A DNA stretch of 64,000 bases, taken from positions 1,116,001 to 1,180,000 of the forward strand of contig OZ037840.1 of the NCBI GenBank assembly GCA_964035575.1. The letters are read 5' to 3'. Below the pieces are notes generated by a model, which did no database searches, had not been told where the DNA came from, and was given only the letters and a program-made list of their open reading frames with translations. A program made the translations under genes and the position numbers. Positions 45,588 through 57,598 of the stretch are shown here, piece after piece. This stretch comes from Rhynchopus sp. YZ270_cl-10 (taxonomy: Eukaryota). Position 1 is the first letter of the stretch, and each line of letters opens with the position of its first letter.

Positions 45588-48500
45588 TATTTTGTCATTT
45601 ATTTTGTCATGTGGCTCTACATGAGTCATGAGTGGTGACTGGGTCGTGGTGCGGGGTCCCTTCGTATTGTATCGTGTGTGGTGTTTTTTTGGACCACTCG
45701 AGCAGGTTCATCTGGCTTGGAGTTTTGTCTTGCGTTCATTACAGCCCACCTATGCAAAGGGTCAAGGCGACAAGGTTGTTCGTTGCTTGATTGAGCATGT
45801 TTTGTTGTGTGTCCATATTTTTTTCAAGATGACTAAGCAGCGAGAGGCTTAGGTTCATCGAAAAACTTTTCCCTTTTTTTTTTCTTTTTGTTCGGTGAAG
45901 TACTCTCTGTCTCCAGGGGTTTGGATAACCCGTGGAGAACCAAGTGCTCGTCTCTCGATTTGTGGGGAAAAGCGCTTTTTCGACTTCTCTTTTTATTTTT
46001 ATTTTTGTTCAAACATAAAGTTTATTTTGTCAGAAAGAAAACAGGGGAGGGTTAACAAATTAGATTACAGAGCCAGCTCATGAGTAGCAAGTCCCTGTGC
46101 CGGCACTCTCTCTCTCTCTCCCTCTCTCGCAATACTTCCCGATTTGAAATGTGCATTTTTCATAGGTGTCTCTGGGGCTTACTTAGACTCATCTGACAAC
46201 GATCTCTCTCCCTTTCTTTTTTGTCTTTTTTTTATATTTTTTGTGCGTGCATGTGAACAACGTGGCGTGCTATCCAGGGATAGTAAAACACAATAAAAAA
46301 ACAAACGAAAAAAGAAAAATACAATGTGCGTGCATCCTTTACTGTTGGTGTCCGAAGTGGGGGTGGGGTATGGGGGTCAGGGGGGGGGGTTTTTCTTTCT
46401 AACCTCGGTCAGACACCCTTTTTTTTTTTTTTGAACACAAATTTGGAAAGAAATGAGGAAAAATTGACAGTGGAGATTTGCACAAACTGTGGCAACACAA
46501 CCGAGGCAATCTACGCTACTCCAAACAATTTATCAAAAAGCAAATAGTATTATAACGCAAGCACATAAAGTCCACGGCCAACATTGAGTACACACCCTGG
46601 GGGGCGGACCCGCTCAAAAAGAAAGAAAAAGTGGAGATTTTGCACAACTGTGGCAACACAACCGAGGCAATCTACGCTACTCCAAACAATTTATCAAAGA
46701 AAACAAAGAACATTTGGAAGGTGCAACTTTTGTGTAGCTCTCTATCCATCACAGTAAGACAACACCAGAAGGGGTGAAAACTATGATGGATTTTGGGATT
46801 TCAAAACTCTAAGGAGTGTTTTCACCCAACCGATGTTGGTTGTCTTGCTGTAAGTACAAAGCCTAAAGGCGACATTGTGTGCAGCATCCCTATTTAGGTA
46901 GCTGATTTGCCAACACAACAAAAAAGATATTCTTGCCGGCTTTGCTCACAAAACAAAAAACTGAACGACTTTCTGCCCTCTCACCCTCCTCAGTTGCCAT
47001 ATGCCTGATACAAAGTAACGCGCCCTTCCTCTCCAACCCCACGTCTACAAAACTATCAAGCAAAATTAAAACATTTTCAAACACCCTCCTCAGTTGCCAT
47101 ATGCCCAGTTAACCATGCTATATTCCGTTACGTAACAGAGTGGATTGCGAGCTATAATGGCTCAGTACACACTTTTGGTATGAAATGCAAAAAGTATGTT
47201 ATTGAGCATATCCGGGTACATGTTCGCCATGTAGCCTTTCAAAGAAAAAGGGGGGTGGAAAAAGTAAGTACCGAAAAGACCAAGTTTTCAAAAAAAAGGC
47301 AAATCAGAAAAAAGTACTTCAAGTACTTTAGGACATCCATGGTGATTGTCGACACAACAAAAAAAATTTTTTGAACAGAAATACCCATTCCAACTCGTCC
47401 ACAAAGGCTGATTTTTTATGTCACTGTTGTAGACGGTTCACTTTTCATACATTGTCCACCTTCTTGATTGTGAAAAGCTCATTCATCTTTCAAGCTTTTT
47501 CCTTTACCTCCCCCCTCAAAGTCCCCCTCACTTTTGCTTTTGGCGACTTTTTTTTCTTTCTTTTAGGATGCGTGTTTGTAATATGTAATATGTAGATGAG
47601 GTCCGCAAAAGGGGGGGAGGACATGAGTTGTTATGAATCGAGTGTGGAACTGTATTTTTTTTTATAGTTTTCTTCCAACAATGCCATCCCGCCTTCTACC
47701 GTATACAAAAAGCAGAAATTATTGCGGCGGGGCTGAACAATTTCTCAAAAACAAAAAGCAAACTAGTGGAGCCCATTATCGGGTGTCTCACACAGTACCC
47801 CACAATATAATTTTCTCTTGTTTGGGTTTGGGCCCACTAGTCCATGGTCAAACAGAAAAGAAACAGAAAACCCCCCCTGACATCTTGTTCAGGGCTGTTA
47901 CGCTAAATAGGAATGAAAATATCCTATTTTTCATTCCCCCCCGCTTTCCCCTTTTCCCCTTTTCCCCTTTTCCCAAAGAAACATACGTGTGTGCTTTCAG
48001 CAATGAAGCGGCCCCGTTAGTTCTCGTTCCAATCGTTTTGTTTTCAGACATGGTGACCATGTGCCCCTTTTTTGGTATTACAGTGTGCCCATCTTACGCA
48101 AAAAGCATGTAATTTAAGCGTATTCTTTAGCATGTTGCCCGGGTCACATGATTTTTTTTTTTTGCGTAACTCGAATTGATTTCAGGTTTTTTGGGACAAA
48201 ATATTTAAGGTACACTGTCACGAGAGGGCTTTATTTCAAGTTAACTACATTGTCTGTCGGTAAACTCCGTTGTTTGGTTTCGGGGTTTTTTTTTGGCCGA
48301 ACTAACAAAAAATAAAAACTACTTTCTAGGGTTGAGGATGGCCTCCGTCCATACCGATTAAGTACAAAGCCTTAGGGCGACATTGTGTACAGATCCTACC
48401 TCGGTAGGTGATTGTCGATACAACAATAAAGAAAATATGGCGGTGTATTGTTCACGTGCACACATACAAACACATATCTTTCCAACAATAAATAGGTAAC

Positions 48501-49716
48501 TTACATTTTTGCTCTCACGACTGATATGTGAGCCCCGTTTTTATTGTTCCTTCGTGTAGTGACAACGATGTGACAACCCGCCTTCTGTGCGTATGAACAA
48601 AATGGATACACGCGATTCATCCTTTATTCAAAAAAAACCCCCCCGCTCATTTTTGGTATCTCTTTTTTTTTATTTTTTACTTCTGGTACATTTAGTGCAC
48701 CCTATTATACCTTCTATTCAGTAGAATAGTTAGTATATGAAACAATTTACTTCTGAATTTTGAGGAGAATTCCTGACAATAAAAATAAAATAAAATAAAA
48801 TAGAATCATAACGAAGGAGGCAGTAATAATACTAGTGGCGCGGCTACTGGAAGTTTTCCCTTGTGGTCAGACGACACTTTCTTCGCAGGATCATTATGAA
48901 AAAAGAGCTGCGTGGAGTTCACACGAGAAAAAAGCGAGGTGTCTACACGTTGTCAATTTTTCAATTTTTCAAAGAAAAACAAATAATAATATAGTGTACA
49001 CTCTAAGGTGGCTACACTAATACAACCAAGTTTTCAAAATAAAAAAAAAATGAAACGTACATTTCTCGAACTTTTCTACCAAGGTGGTCTGTTCATTGGA
49101 CGCACCCTGAATCATTTTGGTCTGTATTCTTGCCTTACAAACTGTATGCGTACCGCTTCGTGTTTGCATCCACAAAAAAAAACATGTGTATAGTAGAGCT
49201 CATCCTCGGGTGTCTACAACCAAGTTTTCAAAAAAAAAAACTCCCCTCCCACTATCTAAACTATCTAAGAGCATACTGCGCACTGCCCAGACCATCACCG
49301 TGTAGTACCTCTGGCACCACCTAGACACTGTATTGTACTGTGGAGTGTACCCTCGGGTGTCTACAAACGAATGCCGCAAATACAATTTTTAAAAAAATAA
49401 AGAAAAAAAGAAGAAATCGTTTAAAAAAAAATACGGCTGCAATGCTCGAAAAAGGGAAACCAGAAACGAAAACATCAACTGATCTGACTCCTCCTCCCGC
49501 TTGTTTGTATATTTGTCACTCACGTCCCAGCCTTTGCATGAGCTCGACCGAACTGCGTTTTAGCAACGTTTCCACTACTTTTTGTTGTCTTCATCTCTTC
49601 CGTGTAGGGTACGACCTGTAATATGTCCTACCTTACCCAGTCTTATTTCTCCCCATACTTATAACAAATCACACAGGACTCTGTTTTCTTTTGTTTTGTT
49701 TTGTTTTTACACAACG

Positions 49717-52635
49717 ATGCACACACTGCCGACCCTGCTGGCAGCACTGCTCCTGCTGCAAGAGACAGGTGCCGCACCTCTGAAGCCCATCCGCCTCCTT
49801 GGTGTCTTCAAAAGATCTGCCCCCATAGCACCGCATCAGAACTGGTGGGGGCCGTTGATCCCGTGCCCCTCCATCGGGGAGTGCTACAAGGGTGGGTATC
49901 CTGCGATCGCTGCGTGGATGGAGTACTATTCAAACCCAGCAGACGTGCGGGGGACAGTCAAGGTGATGACCCCAGACTTCAAGTCGCGCATGATCTTCGG
50001 ACACCCGCTGGGCTTGGATCTGAACCACGAGACGTGGAGGCGGCTTGGTGTGGACTTTGCAACGCTGCCTGACGAGCACATGATGAGCAACGCGAAGGAC
50101 GAGCGTGCGACAGAGCTGTTCATGGTGAACAGTCCTGCCCCGTTCTGTCTTGCGGGTGTGGTGGTGGATGACCACTTTGCCTACCTGTCCGGTGTTCTTG
50201 TGTCGTGGCACGTGAAGGTTGTGGACGGTGTGACGTTGGGTCTGTTCACCTTGTGGTCGTCGTCGTTTGGCATAGGACAGTCCACCAAGGTCATCTCGCA
50301 TGAGAAGCTTGTGCCCATTGTGACGAGACGGCTTCGTGCGTTGGGTGTTGACGTCGTTGTTGCTCTGCGCATTGGTCAAGCAAGTGGGGAAGAAGAACTG
50401 ACGAAGCTGACCACGTATGACATTGATGTTGTTCTGCAGGACAGTGACCGTGACATCAACACCTTTGCCGCAAACGGGACGACAGTGCTTGCTGCACCCG
50501 GTTCCCACTCCTTCGGTGCGTACCCTGTTGTTGCGGTCGACCTTGTGCAGGACGGTGCTGCCTGGAGCTACTCCGTGCACGAGGTGAACCCCTGGAAGAA
50601 CGACACGCCAAAGGGCAATGCGGACCCGTTCTACCAGCAGGAGCTGCTGTGGATGCAGACACAGCTTGAGAACGTGGCCGGAAACGACTACACCCTGACG
50701 CAATCCACAGTCGATATGCCGGCTCCAAACCCTGTCGCTGGTGGGTTTCCTTGCAGGCAAGGTGAATGCGAGATCGGGGGTCTCACTGCAGATGCGATGC
50801 GCGACGAGATGCAAACGGAGGTTGCCTTCCACAACGCAGGCATGGTGCGCGGGACGGGCTGGCCTGCAGGCCCTGTGCGGCGCAGTGACCTGTGGACAAC
50901 CTTCCCCTTCGTGAACACGGCATGTAGGATGAACGTGTCTGGTGCAACTCTGCTTGCAATCTTCAACCACGGGACGAGCAGGATGTTTCCCAACGGAACT
51001 TTTGACCCCTCGAACAAATGGGGCATGTTCCCACAAGTCAGTGGGATGAGGATGGTTGTGAACCCACAGCTGGAGCCGTTCAAGCGTGTCACATCTCTGG
51101 ACGTGTTTCTGGACGGAATGTTTGTGCCTGTGGAGAAGAAACGCTTGTACACCTTAGCTGCACCAAACTATGTGTCCTTTGGTGGGGATGGCTACGACGT
51201 GCTGGAGAACAACCGGCAGGATGGTTCGCTGGAGTGTCCAACTCAGTCTGTCGTGGAAATTGTGGAGTCACACCTGAAGCGCCAGACATCGATCACACCA
51301 CAGAAGTACGGGAGGATTACGTACGACTTCACCACAACTTCCTTGACGATACTGAACGACACGAAGTACAACTGCACAGAGAACCAGAAGTACGACGCAT
51401 ACTGGCAGCACTGCGAGGACTGCCCTGAAGGCTTCTGGCACCCAGACATGGACAGCCCTGCGTGTGTGGAGAAGCTTCCGAGTGAGGTGGACATCGGGAT
51501 GATCCTTGGCATCGTGTTTGGTGTTCTTGCCCTGCTTGTGATCCCGATTGCGTGGAAGATGACAGAGAAGCAGCGCCGCATCAACGCGCTCTTCAACAAC
51601 AACAAGATTGCAGAGGAGTGTGCCATTGCGGTTATGGACCTCCGTCTTGGCGACCTTGACTACCTCCACGAGCTGGAGAAGCCGAACACGATTCAGTCTG
51701 CGTTTATTGCCATCACGAAGCAGATGAAGGTGTACATGGAGTTTATGCCCAAGAACCTGATTGCGAACTGCCAGGTAAGTGACTCTGACACTGGCGTCTC
51801 GGAACCCTCGGTGACGCACACTGCATCTTCTGTGAGTAACGTAGCCAACTCCAGGAGAGGTGTAGTGATCCAGGCAAAAGCCCAGAAGATTACGACCACC
51901 TTCATGCGCACAAAGTGGATCACAGCACTCACACTGAACAGCAAGGGGCACCTCAAAAGCATCAGCGGCGACGTCCTCACGAAACACTCACACTTCCTGG
52001 AGAAGTTCACCACAATCATCACTGCACACAAAGGTATTGCCGAGACACTGAGCGGTGACAGGATGCTTGCCACGTGGAACACTGTCACCGAAACCGCAAA
52101 CCAAGCGATGCACTCCTGCAAGGCTGCGCTTGCCCTGCAGTTGATGCAGGAAGACGTCATCACTGCGAACGTCGGCATCGCAAAAGGCTCTGCACAGTTC
52201 GGGCTGTTTGGCGGGGAAGGCACCAAGCGGTACGATGTGCTGGGCAGCGTGATCCCGTCTGCCTCGCTGCTGATGGTCCTGAACAAGCAGTACAACAGTT
52301 CCATCCTGGTTTCGCCCGAGGCGGAGAAGGAGGGGAACAGCTTCTTCTACTTCCGGATTATAGACTACGTTTGCTACAGGAAGCTTGAGGCTGCGTGCTT
52401 TATTTACGAGCTGGTGGGTGCCAAGGACATGGGCGGCGAGGAGTGGATGTATGACCTGGAGGCTGCCGAAGGCAAGGACCCCTGCACGGAGCTGAACACT
52501 GCGTGGAGGGACTTCATCAGGGAAGGTACCATGCCCACCCGGGGCAGCGCGCTTACGGGGATACTCGCAGAACTGGCCGCGAAGAAACACCAGGGCAGGT
52601 ACGTCGCCCTATCCGCACCCCTGGACCTGATGTAA
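49717..52635 (+). CDS. Family B receptor (B3)
   Basis: ATG 49717 starts a signal peptide (MHTLPTLLAALLLLQETGA). Divergent 5'-nucleotidase-like ectodomain (GGYPAIAAW, RQGECEIGGLTADAM, FHNAGMVR, FPFVNT, FPQVSG, FGGDGY); cytoplasmic part close to B1. Confidence 0.85.
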   Translation: MHTLPTLLAALLLLQETGAAPLKPIRLLGVFKRSAPIAPHQNWWGPLIPCPSIGECYKGGYPAIAAWMEYYSNPADVRGTVKVMTPDFKSRMIFGHPLGLDLNHETWRRLGVDFATLPDEHMMSNAKDERATELFMVNSPAPFCLAGVVVDDHFAYLSGVLVSWHVKVVDGVTLGLFTLWSSSFGIGQSTKVISHEKLVPIVTRRLRALGVDVVVALRIGQASGEEELTKLTTYDIDVVLQDSDRDINTFAANGTTVLAAPGSHSFGAYPVVAVDLVQDGAAWSYSVHEVNPWKNDTPKGNADPFYQQELLWMQTQLENVAGNDYTLTQSTVDMPAPNPVAGGFPCRQGECEIGGLTADAMRDEMQTEVAFHNAGMVRGTGWPAGPVRRSDLWTTFPFVNTACRMNVSGATLLAIFNHGTSRMFPNGTFDPSNKWGMFPQVSGMRMVVNPQLEPFKRVTSLDVFLDGMFVPVEKKRLYTLAAPNYVSFGGDGYDVLENNRQDGSLECPTQSVVEIVESHLKRQTSITPQKYGRITYDFTTTSLTILNDTKYNCTENQKYDAYWQHCEDCPEGFWHPDMDSPACVEKLPSEVDIGMILGIVFGVLALLVIPIAWKMTEKQRRINALFNNNKIAEECAIAVMDLRLGDLDYLHELEKPNTIQSAFIAITKQMKVYMEFMPKNLIANCQVSDSDTGVSEPSVTHTASSVSNVANSRRGVVIQAKAQKITTTFMRTKWITALTLNSKGHLKSISGDVLTKHSHFLEKFTTIITAHKGIAETLSGDRMLATWNTVTETANQAMHSCKAALALQLMQEDVITANVGIAKGSAQFGLFGGEGTKRYDVLGSVIPSASLLMVLNKQYNSSILVSPEAEKEGNSFFYFRIIDYVCYRKLEAACFIYELVGAKDMGGEEWMYDLEAAEGKDPCTELNTAWRDFIREGTMPTRGSALTGILAELAAKKHQGRYVALSAPLDLM

Positions 52636-53689
52636 ACCACCTCTGTATTCATATCCATCTTTGAAATGGACATGACTCAGTAGGAAAAGAAGAGAACTGT
52701 TGTGCGTTTTTTTGTACTGTCTTTTTTTTTAGCGCATTTCTACGTACTTTTTTTGTACTGCCCTGCGTGCCTTTGGTGGCTATTGTAGGGGTAGAGGCTC
52801 TTAAATCTTTTAGGTTTTTTTTCTGTTGCATTGAAAGTGACCTACATGGATCACTCTCGCAAACCTTTTTAGTACCGTAACTGTAAATACGTCGGGTAAT
52901 ATTGTTGGGGCGAGCAAGCCTTTTTTGGGCCCAACATTTTTACGGTCCAACATATTTACACTTACAGTAGTCTAATGCCTGCTGTCCTTGAGGCGCAATC
53001 AACTTCACTTTTCGATGTGTATGCACGAGAAAATTCCTGATTCATCTTAATTCAAGTTTTGTGCGGTAAAAAGGTTGGTGTCCACTGCCATCGGTTAGCA
53101 TTGCATCGCTGTTCCGGTCAGTGGACGTACCTACCGGTTTGCTTGCAGTTTTTGTGTGCTTTCTTGTTTTCTTTTGTTTTGGTAAGATGTGTGCACGAGG
53201 CATATACATCAAGGCTTGTCTGTTATTTTTCTTTGGTGTCAATGCACACAGCATGCATGCTCACCGCAAAATCAACCATGCGAACTCCAGAGGCTAGCTC
53301 TCTCGCTGGGGGTATTCTTTATTAATTCCCGGTCATGATCTGTCCTCTACATTTGTGGTAGGGGGGGGGGGGGGTCCGCATACTGTGCAGGCGAGCCGTT
53401 TTTAGGCGAGTTTTTCGTTTTCCTGATTTTCAGGAAAAACTCGCCAAAAACTCGCCCTACTCGCCCATTACTCGCCTATTACTCGCCAAAACTCGCCAAA
53501 AACTCGCCTAAACTCGCCTAAACTCGCCCACATTTGGGTGCAAATCCTGGTGCACATACGCACCTTGGGGGTGAAAATGTGCACCAGGATGTGAAAATGG
53601 AAGGCGGGGGTGACTGATGACAACATGCCACTCGAAAACACACAAAAAAATTGAAATTGTGTCACTTGTACGTCTAAAGGCAACCATGT

Positions 53690-54540
53690 CACGGCAGTGG
53701 CTGACAGGCATGTATGTAAACATTTGCTCCAGGGGAAGATCCAAGCGTGCCATAGATCCCGGGGGACAAGACGTGCTACAATCCGGAGGATGACGAAGAC
53801 ATGAGCCGGGGCTACACTCGCTATACAACAATGTCCTCACCATGCCGGTAAATGGCAACCCTGCAGGCCACCCCTTGGCGGTATTCCCCCACGACTACAT
53901 CGCACCCATCTGTGCAAGCTTCATGGATCCGCAGAAGCTACAGCTGGACTGGTGGTACTGGTTGTGGAAGCCTACAAAGCAAACTGTAGAGGTCTTGTTC
54001 AAGTGGAACGAAAAAAATTTCTCTTCAAAACTCAAATTTCCCTCATATTTTCGTGTGTACACTTTTCCAAAGGTAAAATCCCCAGGGTCCTCAAGGGGGT
54101 GCAAAAAAAAATTTTTGCACCCAAAAAAAAAAAAAAAGAAAAGTCGGGGGGTGCAAAAAATATTTTTGCACCCCCCCAAAAAAAAAAAAAGTTTTTTTGG
54201 GGCGAAAAAAATTTTTTGAGGGGGGATTTCAGGCTTCAGCAGGGATTCTCTGGCTTTTCGTCAGCACCACAACAGACACAGCCAAGCACCACTAGGTGGC
54301 TGTCACACTCACAATGTGTGAAAGTGGTGCTGGAACACGCCGAGCCTGCCGAGCCGACGTCCAACAACGCTCTCGAGCAGATGGTGCTGGACGAAGAGGA
54401 CAGCCCCCCTTCTTGAACGTTTCAGATGCTGGCGTCCCAGTGGGTCTGGCAGCGTACGAAGAGCGTTAGCATACCTGCAGAAGAGCAGAATGCTGGGCGT
54501 GTTGTAGATTATTTCTACAGGATGGAGTTCCACATCACAC
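53690..54540 (+). pseudogene. Fragmented transposase-like remnant (hAT-type TRWLS motif), interrupted by a MITE
   Basis: Coding-like GC-rich pieces; QTQPSTTRWLSHSQCVKVVLE around 54291 resembles the hAT xTRWLSxxxA/V motif. Confidence 0.45.
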
Positions 54541-54778
54541 CCCGTTTTTTTTCCGATAGCAATTACTTGTTTCCTTTTACTTACCTACCGATCCTACTAT
54601 TTTTTTACGCACACTACTTTGTGAGCGGAAAGTGTCACGTGTCAACGTATCAACCAACTACAAGAAGGGGGGGTGAGGGAACGACAAAGCGACACTTTCT
54701 TTTACTGAGAGAGGGGTAAAACTCATGGTAAATTGTGGCGTTCGTGACCGCTATGTCGTAGCACCGTTGTGGTAAATC

Positions 54779-54878
54779 CACGAAGAATGTCTTCATTAAT
54801 CAAGAACGAGAGTGTGGGGATCGAAGATGATCAGATACCGTCGTAGTCCACGACTGTAAACGATGCCGTCTCAGGATC
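54779..54878 (+). pseudogene. Short SSU (18S) rRNA-derived fragment
   Basis: TTCATTAATCAAGAACGA.AGTGTGGGGATCGAAGATGATCAGATACCGTCGTAGTCCAC..CTGTAAACGATGCCG is conserved 18S sequence. Confidence 0.9.
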
Positions 54879-55755
54879 GAAGGGCACCAAAATTGGGTGT
54901 TTCTCTTTTGTATTATTTTTACTCTTTTTCTGCGCCAAACAGATCTATACATTGTTTTGCGTGCCGGGGGAGGAAAACGCTCATTTTTTTCTTTTGTTCA
55001 CTCTTTCCCGAGAAGAGAGTGCCTATTGTGACTGAGTGTGGGGATGCGTCCAAGCATTCGCCCCAAAACCTCCTTTCAACTCTGTTTTTCTTTATCCAAA
55101 CGGGCAAGTGGATGCGTAATAATTTTGTTCACTCCCGATTCATTCCCGATAAGAGAGTGCCTTTGTCTTGTCGGGGTGCACCTCTCTCTTAATGCTTTCT
55201 CTTGGAGTGAACGCAGCGGTGGTCACCCGTTGGTGCCTGAGGTTAGGGGAGGTTTTTTTTTTTGTTCTGGAATTCTGACCCAATTTGTTTTGAGGTTTCC
55301 TAAACATTTCACCTAAACCAACAAATACTGGAACGTAAATTAAAATAGTTTTTTTTTTTACCAAAAATTTGGGAGATTGCAACATCATGAACGTTCTAGT
55401 ATTTGTTTTTTTGGTTCACGGTGTAATGTTTGGGACATATAATAATTACGCAAAAAATCCAGAAGTACTGAGTTGTAAATCTTGCAAGCCTGTAGACCAG
55501 GTTCAGACAATTCAGTTTTAGAACCAGTAATGTTTTTTTTAAAGGCTGCACCGGAAGTGCATTTACTCTGTTAGTTTTCTCTCTTTTTTTTAATACAGAC
55601 TAAGAACCTGAGGCCTAGGTCATCTTTACAACCAAAAAAAAAAATCTTGTTCGAACGTTTCCTCACCCCAGCCTCTGAGCAAACAGATTACAAAAAAAAA
55701 GGAGGGGTGCAAAAACGTCAGTCCGCTCAAAAAAAGGGAAAGAATCAGGATGACC

Positions 55756-55835
55756 ACGGGTACTGCCAGATCTGGCCAGATTTGGGGGCCAATTTTCCAG
55801 GTCTGGGAGATCTGGCCAGATCTGGCAGTATCCGT
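55756..55835. mobile_element. Tiny palindromic MITE with CCAGATCTGG repeats (related end at 62097)
   Basis: CACGGGTACTGCCAGATCTGGCC ... GGCCAGATCTGGCAGTATCCGTG. Confidence 0.7.
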
Positions 55836-57598
55836 GGATGACGAAACCCCCTATTTTTTTTTCTCCAATCGCGCGTTTGTCTCGTTCTTTCCACTTTCCC
55901 TCTTCCCTCCCCGTTGCGTCGGTGCTTTCTCACTTCGCTTTACGTCACAGTCTTTTTACTGTTCGGATCCCTCGGTCACGCACCAAGGTACACAGTCAAC
56001 GAAGGCTTTGTATTTCTAATTCAACTTTTAAAGGATGTAGACACCTTCATCTTTGACGAAGTTTTTTTCTCTCTTCTCTGCTGTTTATTGTATTCCCTTC
56101 TTTCTCTCTGTGCGTTGATAGCAATTCTTTGTTTCTTTTTTCTTTTTCCTTTTTTTTTTTTTTTTGTATCGTTTGGAAACGAATGAAGTGTGTTGTTCCA
56201 AAAAATTAGAACGGCATCATAGATGATCTAAGAAACAGACAAGGGGGGTGGGTAAAGTCATGGGAGAGGGTTTAAAAAAAACCCCCCAAAAAAGGTGTAT
56301 TTTTGGGATTTTCACAAAATTTCAACCTTAGGTGGAGTTTTTTTTTTACCCCTTTGATGGCTTTTTTGCCGTAGTGTCATGGTGCTGCATATTTCCTCCG
56401 TTTGGGGGTTATCTTTCTTTCAAGGCGACGAACTTCGCGTCACTGAAGCACAAGAGACACCGGTCCTTCTTTCAAATAAGCTTTCCTTTAAAATGGGTTT
56501 TCCCTTACTCAAATAGCCCTCCACTGCTTTCCTTGGGATCACTGTGTATCGAATGAAGTACAGCGTGAATCGTGTGCGCTATTTATTTGATTTAACGCCC
56601 ATAATACTATGTTTGTTATAAAGAAAAGTGACGTGCTCTGTCCACATATTTTACTGTATTTTCTGAGAAGATCAGCTGTAAAAAAAAAAGCTCAACCATT
56701 TTAGAGTAGGACAAGAAACTTGGGTACCAAAAAAATTGGCGACCAAATAATATTGGCGGATTTTTGGGGGTTTTCTTGCAATATTGGCGACTTTTTTTGG
56801 TCGCCAATATTACTTGTCCTACTGTATTATATTTTTACACCTGCCACTAGAGCAATCTGTTGTTGGTAAGGGTTGCCCACATCTCAGTAATCGAGTAGGG
56901 TCCTTACCAACTTTTTCCCTACAAACTTTCCTTCACCCCCTGTAGATAGTACAACTACGTGAGAAGTTTTGAACGAAAGAAAAAATAAATTGTGTTTGGC
57001 AGTGCCTGCATCCCAGAGGCGTTTATCAGCTTCACTTTCCCCCCCCCCCGGATTACGCACTCTCTTTGGTACACTGTCACGAGAGGGCTTTGTATTTCAA
57101 CTCTACTTTCTTTTTGGGTTAATACCCAACGCTCTAATACCCATTTTCAATAGCTTTTTTTTTTGTCGCTTTTTAAATGTAAATTGGTGCTTTCAGAAAT
57201 CGGTCAGCAACCTGTCAATATCGACCCCCGGAGTTCAGTTCCGGGATGTTAGGCCAATCGGTGTCTTCGCATCTCAATTCGCTTCTAGCGGGAAAACGCA
57301 CTGCCATAGATTTTGTTTGTACGTAAAGTGTGTAATAAATATTCTGTGGTGATATTTTTATTACTGCAATACGCTCCCACTGACTACCTGGCAGTGAAGA
57401 GGAAACCTCTTTGAGGCCAAAAATATCAGAAACCTTTTTCGTACGTGAACTTTTGGAAAGTAGAGCATTTGCACAACTGTGGCAACTACACCACTACACC
57501 AACAATGTTTTCAAGAAAATATTCTAATACGGAACAACCTCACAACACAACACTATAATGGGCACCTTCGCGGAGGGATTACCCACCAACTGAATCGC

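Noticed and set aside
56533..56566. 5.8S-like words (GGATCACT..TCGAATGAAG)
   Set aside because: Too short and gapped to distinguish from chance.
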